Shown here: piece by piece, positions 35,906 through 45,928 of the stretch
Layout of the letters: each line of letters starts with the position of its first letter
Position numbering within the stretch: the stretch's first letter is position 1
NCBI GenBank assembly: GCA_964535065.1
Contig: CAZHRY010000001.1
Location: 43,159 to 107,158 of the forward strand
Direction of reading: 5' to 3'
DNA from: an uncultured Actinomycetes bacterium
GTDB lineage: Bacteria > Actinomycetota > UBA4738 > HRBIN12
DNA: 64,000 nucleotides
The notes under the pieces: model-generated
What the model was told of the DNA's origin: nothing
Seen by the model: the letters and a program-made list of their open reading frames with translations, nothing else
The model's database searches: none
Position numbers and translations under genes: made by a program

Positions 35906-35925
35906 TCTAGGACGCATCTAGGACG
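35906..35925. promoter_or_regulatory. tandem direct repeat TCTAGGACG x2 (11-bp period) in the divergent promoter region
   Basis: gagTCTAGGACGcaTCTAGGACGatcc lies between the DUF4190 gene (-) and the enoyl-CoA hydratase gene (+). Confidence 0.35.
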
Positions 35926-36033
35926 ATCCGCGAGACCCGTCCGGCCGTTGGTACGCGCGACCTCGGCGTTGCTAGCATCCGGGCCTCGGTCCGGACCCGC
36001 CGGATCGGCGGTCACTAGGGAAGAGGGATACCC

Positions 36034-36861
36034 GTGAATGAAGCACCCGAGCCCGTTCTCCTCGTCGAGGACGTCGGCCCAGTCCGGCGCCTGACCATGA
36101 ACCGTCCGGGCGCGCTCAACGCCCTGAACGCGGAGCTCATCGAAGCGATCTCGGAGGCGATCGACGCCGCCGGGAAGGATGACTCGGTCTCCGTGGTGAT
36201 CCTGAGGGGGGCGGGGCGGGCGTTCTGCGCCGGCTACGACCTGAACGAGGACGCCGAGGGTGGCGTTCATGACGCCCGCTACTGGCACGAGGAACTGGCG
36301 CATTCCACCGCCCGGATGCTGGAGATCCTGGACTGCCCGAAGCCGGTGATCGCGTCGGTGCAGTCATACTGCCTTGCCGGCGGCACCGACCTGATGCTCG
36401 CGTGCGATCTCGCCGTTGCGGCCGACGACGCCTACTTCGGCTACGTGGACGTGCGGTTCGGCTCGGGTGTGGTCTCGATGTTCCTGCCGTGGGTGGTGGG
36501 TGTTCGCAAGGCGAAGGAGCTGATGTTCACCGGCGAGGACCGCATCCCCGCCGAGGAGGCCTTGCGTATCGGCCTGGTCAACCGGGTCGTGCCGCGCGAC
36601 CGGCTCGACGAGGCGACGCTGGCTCTGGCCGACGAGATAGCCAAGAACGAGCCCTTCGTCGTCCAGACGACCAAGCGAGCGCTGAACCGAGCCTGGGACG
36701 TCGCCGGCTTCCGCGCGGCGATGGCCTCGAACACCGAGCTGGACGTCATGATCGAGACGGCGAATCTGCCGGCTCGTGACGAGTTCCGCCGCATCACCTC
36801 GGAAGAGGGATTGAAGGCGGCGATCGCATGGCGAGACGCCCGGTACCGCGGGGAGGCGTAG
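36034..36861 (+). CDS. enoyl-CoA hydratase/isomerase (crotonase) family protein
   Basis: ILRGAGRAFCAGYDL oxyanion-hole region. 275 aa. GTG start with a GGGAAGAGGGA ribosome-binding site. Confidence 0.85.
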   Translation: MNEAPEPVLLVEDVGPVRRLTMNRPGALNALNAELIEAISEAIDAAGKDDSVSVVILRGAGRAFCAGYDLNEDAEGGVHDARYWHEELAHSTARMLEILDCPKPVIASVQSYCLAGGTDLMLACDLAVAADDAYFGYVDVRFGSGVVSMFLPWVVGVRKAKELMFTGEDRIPAEEALRIGLVNRVVPRDRLDEATLALADEIAKNEPFVVQTTKRALNRAWDVAGFRAAMASNTELDVMIETANLPARDEFRRITSEEGLKAAIAWRDARYRGEA

Positions 36862-36864
36862 GCC

Positions 36865-38970
36865 GTGGTGGCAGTCTGGAACCTGACGCCGCTGCTGGCG
36901 CCGAGGTCCATCGCGATCGTGGGGGCCTCGGAATCGCCCGATTCATGGGCACCTGAGATCGAGCGGTCGTTGAGGCACGTCGGCTACCCCGGTGAGCTGT
37001 ACCCGATCAATCCGAAGTACGACACCGTTTGGGGCCGACCCTGCCTGAAGAGCATCGAGGAGCTGCCGGCCGGCGTGGACCTGGTCGTGTTCGTGGTCCC
37101 CGCTCGCGTTGTCGTGCGGATGATCGACGCCTGCGGAGCTCGCAAGGTCCGGGGGATCATGGTTGTCTCGTCGGGGTTCGCCGAGGCGGGGGAAGAGGGG
37201 CGGGCCCTCCAGGAGGAGCTCCGCGCGGCGGCGCTGCGGAACCGGATCCCGGTGCTCGGGCCCAACGTCGAGGGGTTCGTGAACTACGTGGATCGGGTCG
37301 CTCCCTACGGAACCACGCCGCCACCCGAACCGCTCCCGGGCCGGATCAGCGTCATCTCCCAATCGGGAACGGTGGCCTGGACGATGAACCAGCTGGCCTC
37401 GGATCGAGGCGAGGGGCTCAGGATCATCCTCGGCGTCGGCAACGAAGCCGTGGTGGGACTCGGCGACATGTTCGAGTGGGCCGCGGCCGATCCCCATACC
37501 AAGGTCGTGACCAGCTACATCGAGACGATGAGGGATGTGGAGGGGATCGGCCGCGGCCTCGACGCGCTCAGGGCCGCGCGCAAGCCCGTGCTGATATGCG
37601 CCCCTGCCGGCCGCAGCGAGGCGGCCCTGCGTTCGATAATCGCCCACACCGGCGCGCTGGCCGGCAACACGGGACTACGCGACGCGTGGCTTCGGGGCAG
37701 AGGCGTGGTCCTCGTTGAAGATCCCGTCACGATGTTCGAAGCGGCGGTTCTGCTGTCGCGGGTCAAGAAGCTGCGAGCTCCCGGGGTCGCGGCGGCGCTC
37801 CAGTCCGGGGGGGCCTGCACGCTCTTCGCAGAAGCCGCCGGCGCCCAGGGGCTGCCCCTTCCAGAGTTCGCCGCGGGAACGAAGGCGAGGCTGAAGGAGG
37901 CGCTGCCGCATTTCGCGTCGCAGAACAACCCGCTGGACGTCACGGGGCAGGCGGCGGTCGAGACGGATATGTACGTCGGCGCACTCGAAGCGCTGGCCGA
38001 GGACCCGAGCGTCGGTTTCGTCGCCTTCGATGCGTTCCCTCCACGGTTGGAGGGCGAGACGCCGTGGGCACGTCCGGTGCTGGACGCCGTGAAGCGCCTC
38101 GGGAAGAGCACAGGCGTGGTCTTCGCCAGCGTCTCGATGAGCCCGCTCGGCTATATCCCCGAGGCCAAGTCCTTCGTGAAGGAAGAGAGGCTGCCGTTCC
38201 TGCAAGGCCACCATGCCGCGACGGGAGCGATCCGGGCCTTGATCGACTTCCAGTCGTCCGGAGTCAGGGCCGTGCCCGATCTGCCTCCGCACGAGAACAG
38301 GGCTGCCGCGTTGAGACTGATCCGCGGCTTGTCCGGTCCCCTCGACGAAGCTCAGGGCGCGAAGCTGCTCGAGCTGTACGGGGTACGCAGGCCTGCAGAG
38401 GCCGTTGCGGCAACCCCGGAGCAGGCAGCGGACGCCGCGCGGAAGATCGGCGGACCCGTGGCCGTCAAGGCGCTTGCCCCGGAGATCCCGCACAAGGCTC
38501 GCCTCGGCGGCGTTCGCCTGAATCTGCGCGGAACCGGTGAGGTCGAGCAGGCCGCGGCCGAGGTGCTGGAGGCGGCCCGCCGCGCGGGGGCGAAGGACCC
38601 GAAGGTGCTGGTTCAGCAGATGGCCAGCGGCCACGAGGTCCTGGTTGGGGCCATCGTCGACAGGCAGTTCGGAGCGTGTATCACGATCCGCCCCGGCGGC
38701 GCTCTGGCCGAAGCCGGCGATGCGACCTTCGTTGCCTGCCCGCTGACACCCAAGCAAGCCCTGGCGTACGTGGGGTCGCAGGCCGCGCGGGCGGGGTTGG
38801 ACGGCTCGCGCCACGACCTCAAGGCCGTGGCGCGAGCCGTCGAAGCGATCGCCCGCGCGGCCCACGACCTGCGCGACAGGATCACGTCGCTGGAGGCCAA
38901 CCCGCTGCTCGTCGGCGCTCGGGGCGCCGTGGCCGTGGACGCCCTCGCCGAAGCCGGGCCACCCGCGTGA
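36865..38970 (+). CDS. acyl-CoA synthetase (NDP-forming; fused alpha/beta, ADP-forming acetate--CoA ligase family)
   Basis: N-terminal CoA-binding domain (SIAIVGASES...LYPINPKY), a succinyl-CoA-synthetase-like ligase-CoA domain, and a C-terminal ATP-grasp. 701 aa. Paralogue of the gene at 57014. Confidence 0.8.
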   Translation: MVAVWNLTPLLAPRSIAIVGASESPDSWAPEIERSLRHVGYPGELYPINPKYDTVWGRPCLKSIEELPAGVDLVVFVVPARVVVRMIDACGARKVRGIMVVSSGFAEAGEEGRALQEELRAAALRNRIPVLGPNVEGFVNYVDRVAPYGTTPPPEPLPGRISVISQSGTVAWTMNQLASDRGEGLRIILGVGNEAVVGLGDMFEWAAADPHTKVVTSYIETMRDVEGIGRGLDALRAARKPVLICAPAGRSEAALRSIIAHTGALAGNTGLRDAWLRGRGVVLVEDPVTMFEAAVLLSRVKKLRAPGVAAALQSGGACTLFAEAAGAQGLPLPEFAAGTKARLKEALPHFASQNNPLDVTGQAAVETDMYVGALEALAEDPSVGFVAFDAFPPRLEGETPWARPVLDAVKRLGKSTGVVFASVSMSPLGYIPEAKSFVKEERLPFLQGHHAATGAIRALIDFQSSGVRAVPDLPPHENRAAALRLIRGLSGPLDEAQGAKLLELYGVRRPAEAVAATPEQAADAARKIGGPVAVKALAPEIPHKARLGGVRLNLRGTGEVEQAAAEVLEAARRAGAKDPKVLVQQMASGHEVLVGAIVDRQFGACITIRPGGALAEAGDATFVACPLTPKQALAYVGSQAARAGLDGSRHDLKAVARAVEAIARAAHDLRDRITSLEANPLLVGARGAVAVDALAEAGPPA

Positions 38971-39827
38971 TCTACGGGCTCGTCGCGGCCGTTGGCTGGG
39001 GTCTCGCGGAGTTCTTCGGTGCGCTCTCGGGCCAGCGGATGGGCTCGATCTCCACCGTCGTCGTGGGTCAGGGCCTGTCGGCTGCGTTCATGACGGTCGT
39101 GCTCGTTGCGACAGGGCGCCCACTCGGCGCCCTCACCGCGGTGATCTTTCTGATCGCGCTCAACGGTTTGGCCGCGGCCGTGGCGTACCTGAGTCACTAC
39201 CGAGCGCTGGAGCTTGGTCCGGTGGCCGTGGTCTCCCCGATAGGTGCGTCTTACGCGGTATCCGGCGTTCTGCTGGCCATCGTCTTCCTCGGAGAGAGGC
39301 CGACGGGCCTCGCCGTCGCCGGCATGGTCATCACGGTGCTGGGTGCGATGCTCGTATCGACCGACCTGGCGGCGGTGAGGGCGGGGGTTCACCAGCGGGC
39401 GCCCGGCGTCCCATGGGCGGTGGGCTCGTCCGTGACCTTCGGGGTCGCAGGTTTCCTTCTCGGTTGGATCGTTCAGGAGAGCGACTGGATAGTCGGCCTG
39501 TGGGCTTCGCGCGTAGCGCAGATGGTCTTCTACCTTCCGCTGTTCGCCACCCATCGCCACGAGCTGAGCAGGCTCAAGACCGCTGGTCTGGTCGCGCTTG
39601 CGGCCGCTCTGGCGGCGGGCGCGGCCGACATCCTGGGTGTGACCACCTATTCGATCGGGGTTGAGACCGGGGACGACGTCTCGCTCGTCCTGGCTGCCAG
39701 CGCCGTCTTCCCCCTGGTCGCAGTCGTGGCTTCGCACGTCTGGCTGAAGGAGCGGCTCGTGTCCAACCAGTACGGGGGAGTGGCGGCCGTCGTGGCGGGG
39801 CTGGTCCTGCTTGGACTCGGTTCCTAG
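38965..39827 (+). CDS. EamA/DMT family transporter
   Basis: GTG start overlaps the acyl-CoA synthetase stop. 10 transmembrane helices with two EamA repeats. The ORF-track N-terminal extension (from 38676) is rejected. Confidence 0.7.
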
Positions 39828-39883
39828 CAGCTCAGGGCCGTCCCCGGCTACGATGCGTGTCCGTTCTCAGGGGGGAGATCGCG

Positions 39884-40186
39884 ATGCCCGAACTCAGTGT
39901 GATCCGCTGGCGTGATATACCGGCTCAGGTGGTGGCGCGAGGCCCCGACGACTCCGCGCGAGCTCTTCTTCCGGATCGTTTCCAGGAGGCGATCGATGCT
40001 GCGGCGATGGTGTCGGGCCTGACGGATTCCGACGACTACATGACCAACTTCGTTACTGACACGAGACCCTGCGACGACGATCTGCAGGCCGAGGTGGACG
40101 CTGAAGTCGGGCGGCTGCTCGCGGAGTGGGACGACGCGACGCTGAAGGCGGCCATCCGCGCCGGCGGGCTTCGCGTCGGGAGCTGA
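39884..40186 (+). CDS. hypothetical protein (possibly the small actinobacterial 'virulence factor' PF13769-like family)
   Basis: MPELSVIRWRDIPAQVVARG... GGGGGAG ribosome-binding site 7 nt upstream of this ATG. Protein-like composition. The family name is from memory only. Confidence 0.45.
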   Translation: MPELSVIRWRDIPAQVVARGPDDSARALLPDRFQEAIDAAAMVSGLTDSDDYMTNFVTDTRPCDDDLQAEVDAEVGRLLAEWDDATLKAAIRAGGLRVGS

Positions 40187-40235
40187 CCGGGAGTAGGCTC
40201 GGCCCCCTCGGGGATCGCCGAGACGGGAACGGGAG

Positions 40236-41264
40236 GTGAGGAGGTTGCCGGGCGACTCGTACACGTCACTGCTCGACGCCGTCGGAGGCACCCCTCTCGT
40301 ACGCCTGGCCAGGGTCGCTCCCGACGTCGACCTGTTAGCGAAGGTCGAGTGGTACGGGCCGACCGGTTCCGTCAAGGATCGCATCTATGCCCACATGCTC
40401 CGCAAGGCCGAGGAACGTGGCGACCTGCGGCCGGGGATGACCATCATCGAGAGCACGACCGGGAACGCGGGCATCGCATGCGCGGCCGCTGCCGCGATCA
40501 AGGGCTACAGGTGCGTCATCGTCATGCCCGAAGGCATGAGCTCTGAGCGCAAGAAGATGATCGCGGCGTACGGGGCAGAGCTCGTACTGACCCCGGGGGC
40601 CGGAACCGATATCGATCTCGCCCTCGCAGAGCTCGCGAGGATCGTCTCTGAAGATCCAGGCTCGTACTTCTTCCCCGGCGAGTTCGAGAACCCGGACAAC
40701 CCCGAAGCCCAAGAGGCGTCCGGCGAGGAGATCTGGCAGCAGACCGGCGGCGCTGTGGATGCCGTCGTGGCCTCGCAGGGGACGGGGGGATGGATCACGG
40801 GTGTCGCCCGGGCACTCAAGGCCCACAAGCCCTCGGTCGTCGCCTACGCGGTCGAGCCGGCGGAGAGCCCGCTCATCTCCGAGCAGCGATGGGGGACTCA
40901 CGGCGTTCCGGGCATCGGCGACGGGATAGTGCCGAAGAACCTTGATCTGGCGGTCCTCGACGGGATAGTGACGGTGACCACGGCCGACTCGCTGGCGATG
41001 GCTGCGAGGCTGGCGCGGGAGGAGGGGATGCTGTGCGGGCCTTCGTCGGGCATGAACGTCGTGGCAGCCCTGAAGGTTGCCGCGAAGCATCCTGAGCTGA
41101 AGAGGATCGTCACCGTGATCCCCGACACCGGCCAGCGATACCTCTCCGGTGAGCTGTTCGGGGAGAGGCCAAAGGTCGAAGAACCCGAGCGTGATCACAG
41201 CTTCGACGTGGAGACCGTCGAGAGACTGGCGGAGCATCGAGACAGATTGGAGTTCTTGAGTTGA
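40236..41264 (+). CDS. PLP-dependent cysteine synthase / cystathionine beta-synthase family protein
   Basis: GSVKDRIYAHML (PLP Lys), TTGNAGIACAAAA, and GTGGWITG. About 340 aa with a C-terminal extension. Start ambiguous: GTG at 40236 or TTG at 40245 after a GGGAGG ribosome-binding site. Confidence 0.75.
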   Translation: MRRLPGDSYTSLLDAVGGTPLVRLARVAPDVDLLAKVEWYGPTGSVKDRIYAHMLRKAEERGDLRPGMTIIESTTGNAGIACAAAAAIKGYRCVIVMPEGMSSERKKMIAAYGAELVLTPGAGTDIDLALAELARIVSEDPGSYFFPGEFENPDNPEAQEASGEEIWQQTGGAVDAVVASQGTGGWITGVARALKAHKPSVVAYAVEPAESPLISEQRWGTHGVPGIGDGIVPKNLDLAVLDGIVTVTTADSLAMAARLAREEGMLCGPSSGMNVVAALKVAAKHPELKRIVTVIPDTGQRYLSGELFGERPKVEEPERDHSFDVETVERLAEHRDRLEFLS

Positions 41265-42685
41265 GCGAACCGTGGCAGCTGACGGCGGCTGAGGCTCTGC
41301 GCCAGATGCGCGCGAAGCAACTCTCGCCGGTAGAGCTTCTCGACAGCGTCATCGAGCGGGCGGAGGTGGCGGAGCCCGTCGTGAACGCCCTGTGCGAGCG
41401 TCGGTACGGCGAAGCACGCGATGCCGCGAAGGGGTCGGAGCGCAGGTACCAGGCCGGCGAGAGGATCCGTCCGCTCGAGGGCATCCCGGTAGGCCTGAAG
41501 GAAGAGGTGCCCGTGCGCGGCTGGACCATGAGGTATGGCTCCCTCGCCATGAACGAGAAGGCTGACGCGACGGCACCGATCGCCGAGCGGCTCTTGAAAG
41601 CGGGCGCCGTGGTTCACGCCAGGACCACCACCCCGGAGCTGTCGTGCGCCGGCTTCACGCATTCGAAGCTCTGGGGTGTGACGAGGAACCCATGGAACAC
41701 GTCGGTCGCCGTCGGCGGGTCCAGTGGGGGTTCGGGAGCGTCCCTCGCGTCCGGCACCTCGCTGCTCGCTAGCGGTTCGGACATCGGAGGTTCCATCCGG
41801 CTTCCCGCTTCGATGAACGGGGTGGTCGGGTTCAAGCCGCCTCACGGCCGGGTGCCGACCTATCCGCCCTTCAACCTCGACCGCTACTGCCACGACGGCC
41901 CCATGGCTCGCACGGTCGAAGACTGCGCGCTGTTCCAGAACGTGATCGCTGGACCCCATCCCATCGATGTGGCCTCGCTGAGGCCGAGGCTCCGCGTCCC
42001 CCTCGAGCCCAAGGGGATCGAGGGGTGGAGGATCGCGGTGTGCACCGACCTGGGCGCTTGGAAGGTAGAGGAGGAGGTCGTGGCCAATACGCTGGCGGCG
42101 GCCGACGCCCTCAGCCAGGCGGGGGCCGTCGTCGAAGAGGTGAGCCTTCCGTGGGACCTCGAGGAGATCATGGGCGTCGGCCGCCGCCACTTCGCAGCGA
42201 TCTTCGGGGCGCAGATCGCCGACCTCGTCCATCGAGTCCCGGACCTCGTTTGCGACTACGTGGCGGCCTGGGCTGAAGAGGCGGAGCTAGTGGCCGGCGA
42301 ACCGGGCTCGTTCCTGATCGGGCTCGAGGGAGAGCAGCGGATATGGGAGCCGTTGTCACGGATCCTCCGCCGGTACCGGGCTCTCATCGCCCCGACGTGG
42401 GCGACCATCGGCATCCCGGCCGGCGACAGCTTCCTCGGCAAGATCTTCCCGAGCGGCGGTCCGCTCGACGCCCAGTTCCAAGTCATGATGACGACGCCGT
42501 TCAACATCCTGTCCCCCTGTCCCGTGCTCGCCGTACCGTCGGGGAGGGCTTCGAACGGTGTTCCCACCGGAGTCCAGATCGTGGGACGCACGTACAGCGA
42601 CGTCGACGTGTTCCGCGTGGGCGCGGCCCTCGAGCGGGTGCGTCCCTGGCCGGTGAATGCTCCGGAAGGCCTCCCGGCTATCTGA
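41261..42685 (+). CDS. amidase (amidase-signature family)
   Basis: Amidase signature GGSSGGSGASLASGTSLLASGSDIGGSIRLPA. TTG start overlaps the upstream stop (TTGA). Confidence 0.8.
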   Translation: MSEPWQLTAAEALRQMRAKQLSPVELLDSVIERAEVAEPVVNALCERRYGEARDAAKGSERRYQAGERIRPLEGIPVGLKEEVPVRGWTMRYGSLAMNEKADATAPIAERLLKAGAVVHARTTTPELSCAGFTHSKLWGVTRNPWNTSVAVGGSSGGSGASLASGTSLLASGSDIGGSIRLPASMNGVVGFKPPHGRVPTYPPFNLDRYCHDGPMARTVEDCALFQNVIAGPHPIDVASLRPRLRVPLEPKGIEGWRIAVCTDLGAWKVEEEVVANTLAAADALSQAGAVVEEVSLPWDLEEIMGVGRRHFAAIFGAQIADLVHRVPDLVCDYVAAWAEEAELVAGEPGSFLIGLEGEQRIWEPLSRILRRYRALIAPTWATIGIPAGDSFLGKIFPSGGPLDAQFQVMMTTPFNILSPCPVLAVPSGRASNGVPTGVQIVGRTYSDVDVFRVGAALERVRPWPVNAPEGLPAI

Positions 42686-43598
42686 CAGCGGCCGCGAGCG
42701 CGGAGATGTCGTCGGGGGTCGTGCCGCAGCAGCCGCCGACCAGCATCGCGCCTGCGGAGCGCCAAGCGGGAGCCAGCGCACCGAAGTCGGGCCGGGGGCC
42801 GCCGTCGGCACGCCAGACCTTCCGATCCGCGTCCCATGTAGAGCCGAGATTGGGGTAAGCGACCAGCGGCTTCGTCACCCCCGCCCGACCAGCGCTTCCT
42901 AGCAGGTCGGGGACGAAGGCGGGCGGTGAGCAGTTGACGCCGACGGCTGCCACCCGGTCGCTCGAGGCCGCCAGCGTGGCCGCTTCTGCGAAGGAAGTGC
43001 CGTCGCTGATGCTGGCACCGTCGCGGCAGCTGAAGCTCACCCAGGCGATCGCCTCCGGATAGGCATCCAGCAACTCGACCAATGCTTCGGCCTCTTCCCT
43101 GGCGGGGATCGTTTCGATCGCCAGCAGGTCCGGTTCGGCGCTCAGCAGCACCTCCAGGCGTGGCCGGTGGAAGTCGATCAGGTCCTGTACCGAGAGTCCG
43201 TACCTGCCTCGATACTCCGACCCGTCGGCGAGCATGGCGCCGTAGGGGCCCACCGAGGCCGCCACCAGGTGGCCGGGCCCTGCCTCTTCGGCGGCTTCTC
43301 GGGCCAGCCGGACGCTCAGCCGGAGCAGTTCCTCGGCGCGTGAGCGGTCTGTACCCCGCGAAGCGAAGCCCTCGAACGAGGCCTGGTAGCTCGCGGAGAT
43401 GACCACATCCGCCCCGGCCCCGAAGTAGTCGGCGTGTACCGCTCGTATCGACCCCGGGTCGTCCAGCAGCAGCCGAGCCGACCAGAGGGCGTCCCGGAGG
43501 TCTTGGCCGCGCGCCTCGAGCTCCGACGCGAGCCCCCCATCCAGCACGAGCCCGCCTCGCATCCGTTCGCGCACGTCCATGAACCGAACCATACCCAA
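42678..43598 (-). CDS. mmuM: homocysteine S-methyltransferase
   Basis: LDGGLASELE, DVVISASYQAS and GGCCGTTP (Zn-binding Cys) are collinear with MmuM. Overlaps the amidase 3' end by 8 nt (convergent). Confidence 0.8.
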   Translation of the reverse strand: MGMVRFMDVRERMRGGLVLDGGLASELEARGQDLRDALWSARLLLDDPGSIRAVHADYFGAGADVVISASYQASFEGFASRGTDRSRAEELLRLSVRLAREAAEEAGPGHLVAASVGPYGAMLADGSEYRGRYGLSVQDLIDFHRPRLEVLLSAEPDLLAIETIPAREEAEALVELLDAYPEAIAWVSFSCRDGASISDGTSFAEAATLAASSDRVAAVGVNCSPPAFVPDLLGSAGRAGVTKPLVAYPNLGSTWDADRKVWRADGGPRPDFGALAPAWRSAGAMLVGGCCGTTPDDISALAAAVR

Positions 43599-43651
43599 CT
43601 CACGGCCGGGGTTCGGGCCGCCGTATGCTCCGGCGCCGGAGGTGACCGACC

Positions 43652-44830
43652 GTGACGACGTATCCGCTGAGCGAGGAAGACCGCGCGATCCAAGAGCGCG
43701 CTCGCAGGTTCGTGAACGAGGAGCTGATCCCCTGGGAGGAACATGCCGAGGAGCACGATGGCCGGATCCCCGACGAGGTGCGCCTCAAGCACAGGCGGAT
43801 GGCCGAGGAGCTGGGCCTTTCTGCGATGAACATGCCGAAGGAGCTGGGCGGGCAGGGGATGACCACCCTGCAGCAGGTTCTGGTTTCGGAGCAGATGGGC
43901 AGGGTGACGAACGCCCTGGGTTGGTGCATGTACACACCGCCCGAGTGGGCGCCGGAGGTCGTGTCCCCGATGCAGCTGGAACGTTGGATCATCCCGGCCA
44001 TCAAGGGCGAGCGGGCCGAGTGCTACGCGATCACCGAGGCCGGCGCAGGCTCGGACGTGGACGCGATCCAGGCGACCGCACGCCGCGACGCAGACGAGTA
44101 CGTGCTGAACGGCACGAAGATGCACGTGACCTCGTACAACCGGGCCGACTTCATCTTCTTCCAGGCCAAGATCGTGGGCGGCCCGAGCGCCGGCGCCCAC
44201 GCGATGTTCTTCGTCGATAAGGACACCCCAGGTGTGAGGCTCGTGCGCGAACCCAGATACACGCACACCTTCCCCGATTCGCACGCGGTCGTGGCCTTCG
44301 AGGACGTTCGCGTACCGGCGGACCATCTCATCGGTGAAGAGGGCGACGGCTTGGCTTTCACGTACGCGTGGTTCCGGTACGAACGCATGATGATCGCCGC
44401 TCGCTGCTGTGGCGCCGCCGAGCGACTGATCGACGAGGCCACCGCCTTCGCGCGCGAGCGTATCCAGTTCGGCAGGCCGATCGTCGAGTTCCAGGCGATC
44501 GCGCACATGCTGGCCGACTCCCTTACGGAGCTGTGGGCAGCGCGGCTCATGACCTACCGGCTCGCGGAGAACATCGACGCGGGTGTGGACGTGAAGATCC
44601 AGCACGCGCAGTGCTCGATGGCCAAGCTCTACGCGAGCGAGATGGCGGGCCGGGTGGCCGACCGGGCGGTCCAGATCTTCGGGGGCAGGGGCTACATGCG
44701 GGAGAACGTCGCGGAGCGCTTCTGGCGCGAGGTGAGGGTCGACCGGATCTGGGAGGGCACGAGCGAAGTCCAGCGGAACATCATCGCGGACCAGCTCGTG
44801 AAGCGGGGAACCCGGACGCTGACGGGATGA
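43652..44830 (+). CDS. acyl-CoA dehydrogenase
   Basis: ACAD N/M/C domains (YAITEAGAGSD, FGGRGYMRE, and IWEGTSEVQR containing the catalytic-base region). GTG start. Confidence 0.85.
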   Translation: MTTYPLSEEDRAIQERARRFVNEELIPWEEHAEEHDGRIPDEVRLKHRRMAEELGLSAMNMPKELGGQGMTTLQQVLVSEQMGRVTNALGWCMYTPPEWAPEVVSPMQLERWIIPAIKGERAECYAITEAGAGSDVDAIQATARRDADEYVLNGTKMHVTSYNRADFIFFQAKIVGGPSAGAHAMFFVDKDTPGVRLVREPRYTHTFPDSHAVVAFEDVRVPADHLIGEEGDGLAFTYAWFRYERMMIAARCCGAAERLIDEATAFARERIQFGRPIVEFQAIAHMLADSLTELWAARLMTYRLAENIDAGVDVKIQHAQCSMAKLYASEMAGRVADRAVQIFGGRGYMRENVAERFWREVRVDRIWEGTSEVQRNIIADQLVKRGTRTLTG

Positions 44831-45928
44831 TCAGTCCTGACGGAGGATCGCCGCGTCCTCACGCATCCAGCTGAGAACTACCGGGTCGCCCTCTCGCACC
44901 TGCGACACCGAAGCGTCGGATAGCTCATGCACGATGAGCCGCTTGCCCATGTCCGTGTCCACGTGGAACTGGGTCAGGGTGCCCAGGTAGACGACCTGAG
45001 CGACCTTCCCGGACACACGGCTGGGATGCTCCAGCTGCTCGGCATCGGCGGGTCTCAGCCAGATGCGCTCGGGTCTGACGGTCACCGTGAGGGTCGAGCC
45101 CGCCGACGCGCCCGTCGATGCGATCGGAACGACTATCCGCTCTCTATCACCGAGTCGCATGACGGCGTCCGGACCCGACACCTCGTCCACGCGGAAGTCG
45201 ATCGCGTTCAACACGCCGACGAAATCGGCGACGAAGGGCGTTTCGGGGAAGTCGTAGATATCGCGAGGGGTCCCCAGCTGCTCGATCCGGCCCTGATTCA
45301 TCACCGCTATCCGGTCCGACATGGACAGGGCTTCTTCCTGGTCGTGGGTCACATAGACGAAGGTGGTTCCCAGCTCGTGCTGGATGCGCTTCAGCTCCAG
45401 CTGCATGGCCTTGCGCAGCTTCACGTCCAGGGCGCCGAGCGGCTCGTCCAGCAGGAGCGCCGCCGGCCGGTTGACCAGGGCCCGGGCTAGAGCCACGCGC
45501 TGCTGCTGGCCGCCAGACAACTGTGCCGGCTTGCGCGCACCCATCCCGGCAAGCCCCACGATCTCGAGCATCTCTGCAACGCGGGCGTCCCGCTCTGCCT
45601 TCGGAACCTTCTTCAGCTTGAGGCCATACGCGATGTTCTTCTCCACCGTCATGTGAGGGAAGAGCGCGTAGTGCTGGAAGCACATGTTCACCTCACGCTT
45701 GTTGGGCGGCACACCCACGACGTCCGCTCCGCGGAGGAGGATCGCGCCCCGGTCGGGCTCCTCGAAGCCCGCGATCATCCGCATGGTCGTCGTCTTGCCG
45801 CAACCGGAAGGCCCAAGCAAGGTGATGAACTCCCCTTCGGCGATCTCCAACGACACGTCGAGAACGGCACGGACGTCGCCGAACGACTTGCTGACATCGC
45901 GGATGCTTATCGCAGACCCTTCGTTCAT
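44831..45928 (-). CDS. ABC transporter ATP-binding protein, PotA-like
   Basis: [30 protein letters not shown] and a C-terminal TOBE domain. The ATG overlaps the upstream permease stop (ATGA). The ORF-track 651-aa version is a frame run-on. Confidence 0.85.
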   Translation of the reverse strand: MNEGSAISIRDVSKSFGDVRAVLDVSLEIAEGEFITLLGPSGCGKTTTMRMIAGFEEPDRGAILLRGADVVGVPPNKREVNMCFQHYALFPHMTVEKNIAYGLKLKKVPKAERDARVAEMLEIVGLAGMGARKPAQLSGGQQQRVALARALVNRPAALLLDEPLGALDVKLRKAMQLELKRIQHELGTTFVYVTHDQEEALSMSDRIAVMNQGRIEQLGTPRDIYDFPETPFVADFVGVLNAIDFRVDEVSGPDAVMRLGDRERIVVPIASTGASAGSTLTVTVRPERIWLRPADAEQLEHPSRVSGKVAQVVYLGTLTQFHVDTDMGKRLIVHELSDASVSQVREGDPVVLSWMREDAAILRQD

